Shown here: piece after piece, positions 62,425-64,000 of the stretch | Layout: each line of letters opens with the position of its first letter | Numbering within the stretch: position 1 is the stretch's first letter | Assembly (NCBI GenBank): GCA_030390025.1 | Contig: CM059432.1 | Span: forward strand, 123,258,001 to 123,322,000 | DNA: 64,000 bases | DNA from: Squalus acanthias | Taxonomy: Eukaryota | Direction: 5' to 3' | Notes under the pieces: model-generated | The model's database searches: none | What the model was told of the DNA's origin: nothing | The model's input: the letters and a program-made list of their open reading frames with translations, nothing else | Made by a program: the position numbers and the translations under genes

Positions 62425-63517
62425 AGCTGTAATTTTAATTTGGAGGTGGGTTGGGGGGCGCTAGAAAGTGGTTGGGAAACTCAGGAGAACGGATTTCCCA
62501 CAGGCCCTACCGAATTTAACGGCAGGATCTGATTAACATTTCAAAGTTCTGTTTCCTGCCAACAGCGAGCCAGACGGAGAGGCTGGCTGGCTGTGGGTAG
62601 GTAGGCCTGCGGCACTAGGCCACAGAGATGAGGGAGGGAGTGATTGGTGGGGGGGGGGCCGGGGTGAATCGGGGCCGGAGGAGGATCGGCTGAGGATGAA
62701 TCAGGGGCAGGAGGAGGATCAGGGGGAGGATGAATCAGGGGCAGAGGAGGATCAGGGGGAGGATGAATCGGGGGCAGGAGGAGGATCAGGGGGAGGATGA
62801 ATCGGGGGCAGGAGGAGGATCAGGGGGAGGATGAATCGGGGGCAGGAGGAGGATCAGGGGGAGGATGAATCAGGGGCAGGAGGAGGATCAGGGGGAGGAT
62901 GAATCAGGGGCAGAGGAGGATCGAGGTGGTGAATTGGGGCCGGAGGAGGATCAGGGGGAGGTGGTCTGAGGCTGGAGGAGCATTGGGGGAGGTTGGGAAG
63001 GCTGGAGGAGGGAATCGGAGGCCTCGGGATGGGGGGGGGGAGGTCGCAGGGAGATCGGAGGCCTCGGTTGGGGGAAGGTAGGGGGGAGATCGGAGGTCTT
63101 GTGGGGGGGGGTTGGGATCGCCGGCCAACGGCGGGGGGGGAGGTGTGGTGGAGGGGGTCCGATCGCAGGGGATGGGTGAGGCAGGGATGCTCAATCCAGC
63201 AGGTAAGTGGAAAGGCACTTACCTCCTGGATCCAGCAGTCCTCGCCTCCCTTTAGCTGGCGGATTCCTGAGGCCCAGGAAACCGGACCAGGCAGAGGTAA
63301 ATTTGTAATGGTGGATCACCATGAGGCATGGAGCCTCATTATAATACTTAAATGGGCGACGCGCATCCTGGTTGGTTGCCCGCCCCCTCCGTCCGCCTCC
63401 GTTGAAACCGGAAGTGGGCAGGTTGGAGTCGGGTTAGGGGTTGGGATTCAGTTTTTTAACTCTTTAACCTTCCACCCGACCCCAACCCACCCATTTTTTA
63501 GGGTTAAAATTCCCTCC
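62425..63517 (+). mobile_element. Harbinger-type MITE containing a minisatellite
   Basis: Colinear with 40821-41748. Ends AGCTGTAATTTTAA...TTAAAATTCCCTCC. Confidence 0.8.
62694..62925 (+). repeat. 34-bp G-rich minisatellite, about 7 units
   Basis: Unit GGATGAATCRGGGGCAGGAGGAGGATCAGGGGGA repeated head to tail without spacers. Confidence 0.9.
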
Positions 63518-63597
63518 TAAATGTCTCGCAGGCAGCCATTTTCACCGCACTGGCACAGGCAGGAGATACTGCTGGGATTCCACTTGAAGCTTAATTG

Positions 63598-63964
63598 AGG
63601 TGTATAAAATTTGAGAGGCCTAGATAGAGTGGATAGGAAGGACCTATTTCCCTTAGCAGAGAGGTCAGTAACCAGGGGGCATAGATTTAAAGTAATTGGT
63701 AGGAGGTTTAGAGGAGAGTTGAGGAGAACTTTTTTCACCCAGAGGGTGGTGGGGGTTTGGAACTCACTGCCTGAAAGGGTGGAAGAGGCAGAAACCCTCA
63801 TCACATTTAAAAAGTACTTGGATATGCACTTGAAGTGCTGTATCCTACAAGGCTACGGACCAAGAGCTGGAAAGTGGGATTAGGCTGGATAGCTCGTTGT
63901 CGGCCGGCACAGACACAATGGGCCGAATGGCCTCCTTCTGTGCCATAAATTTCTATGATTCTAT
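63598..63964 (+). mobile_element. CR1 3' fragment
   Basis: RGLDRVDRKDLFPLAERSVTRGHRFKV...FFTQRVVGVWNSLP, tail ttctatgattctat. Confidence 0.9.
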
Positions 63965-64000
63965 GGGGGAAAAATTTGGTATTGACCATTTCGCTAATTA
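63965..64000. mobile_element. Left end of a Harbinger-type MITE inserted in the CR1 tail (runs out of the window)
   Basis: gattc-TAT|GGGGGAAAAATT, the same first 12 nt as the 7709 TIR. Confidence 0.7.

Noticed and set aside
62694..62925. CRISPR-like array
   Set aside because: Units are head to tail with no unique spacers, no cas genes are present, and the context is a vertebrate intron.

Overview
Vertebrate genomic DNA, very likely a cartilaginous fish (HE1-type V-SINEs, HER1/CR1 LINEs and Deu-domain SINEs). The window lies inside a large minus-strand DOK6 gene. Two coding exons are clear: 61110-60991 (end of PH domain and linker) and 31503-31314 (PTB domain). Everything else is intron, densely filled with nested mobile elements. 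These include about 20 PIF/Harbinger-type elements (one decayed two-gene element encoding a Myb/SANT-like protein and a HARBI1-like transposase, internal-deletion derivatives and many MITEs), CR1, L2 and RTE LINE fragments, SINEs, a Penelope-like element with hammerhead motifs, and two solo LTRs. Main leads: (1) a 123-nt, stop-free, phase-compatible candidate cassette exon at 46455-46333 that would add 41 aa between the DOK6 PH and PTB domains; (2) Harbinger elements with variable 3-bp TSDs that repeatedly insert at the TAT of CR1 3' tails, consistent with a C-NNN-G target rule; (3) a MITE inserted exactly at the cleavage triplet of a Penelope hammerhead motif; (4) a twin-primed RTE insertion. 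No prokaryotic system or CRISPR array is present. Family names come from recalled motifs, not database searches, and ends of decayed elements are approximate.
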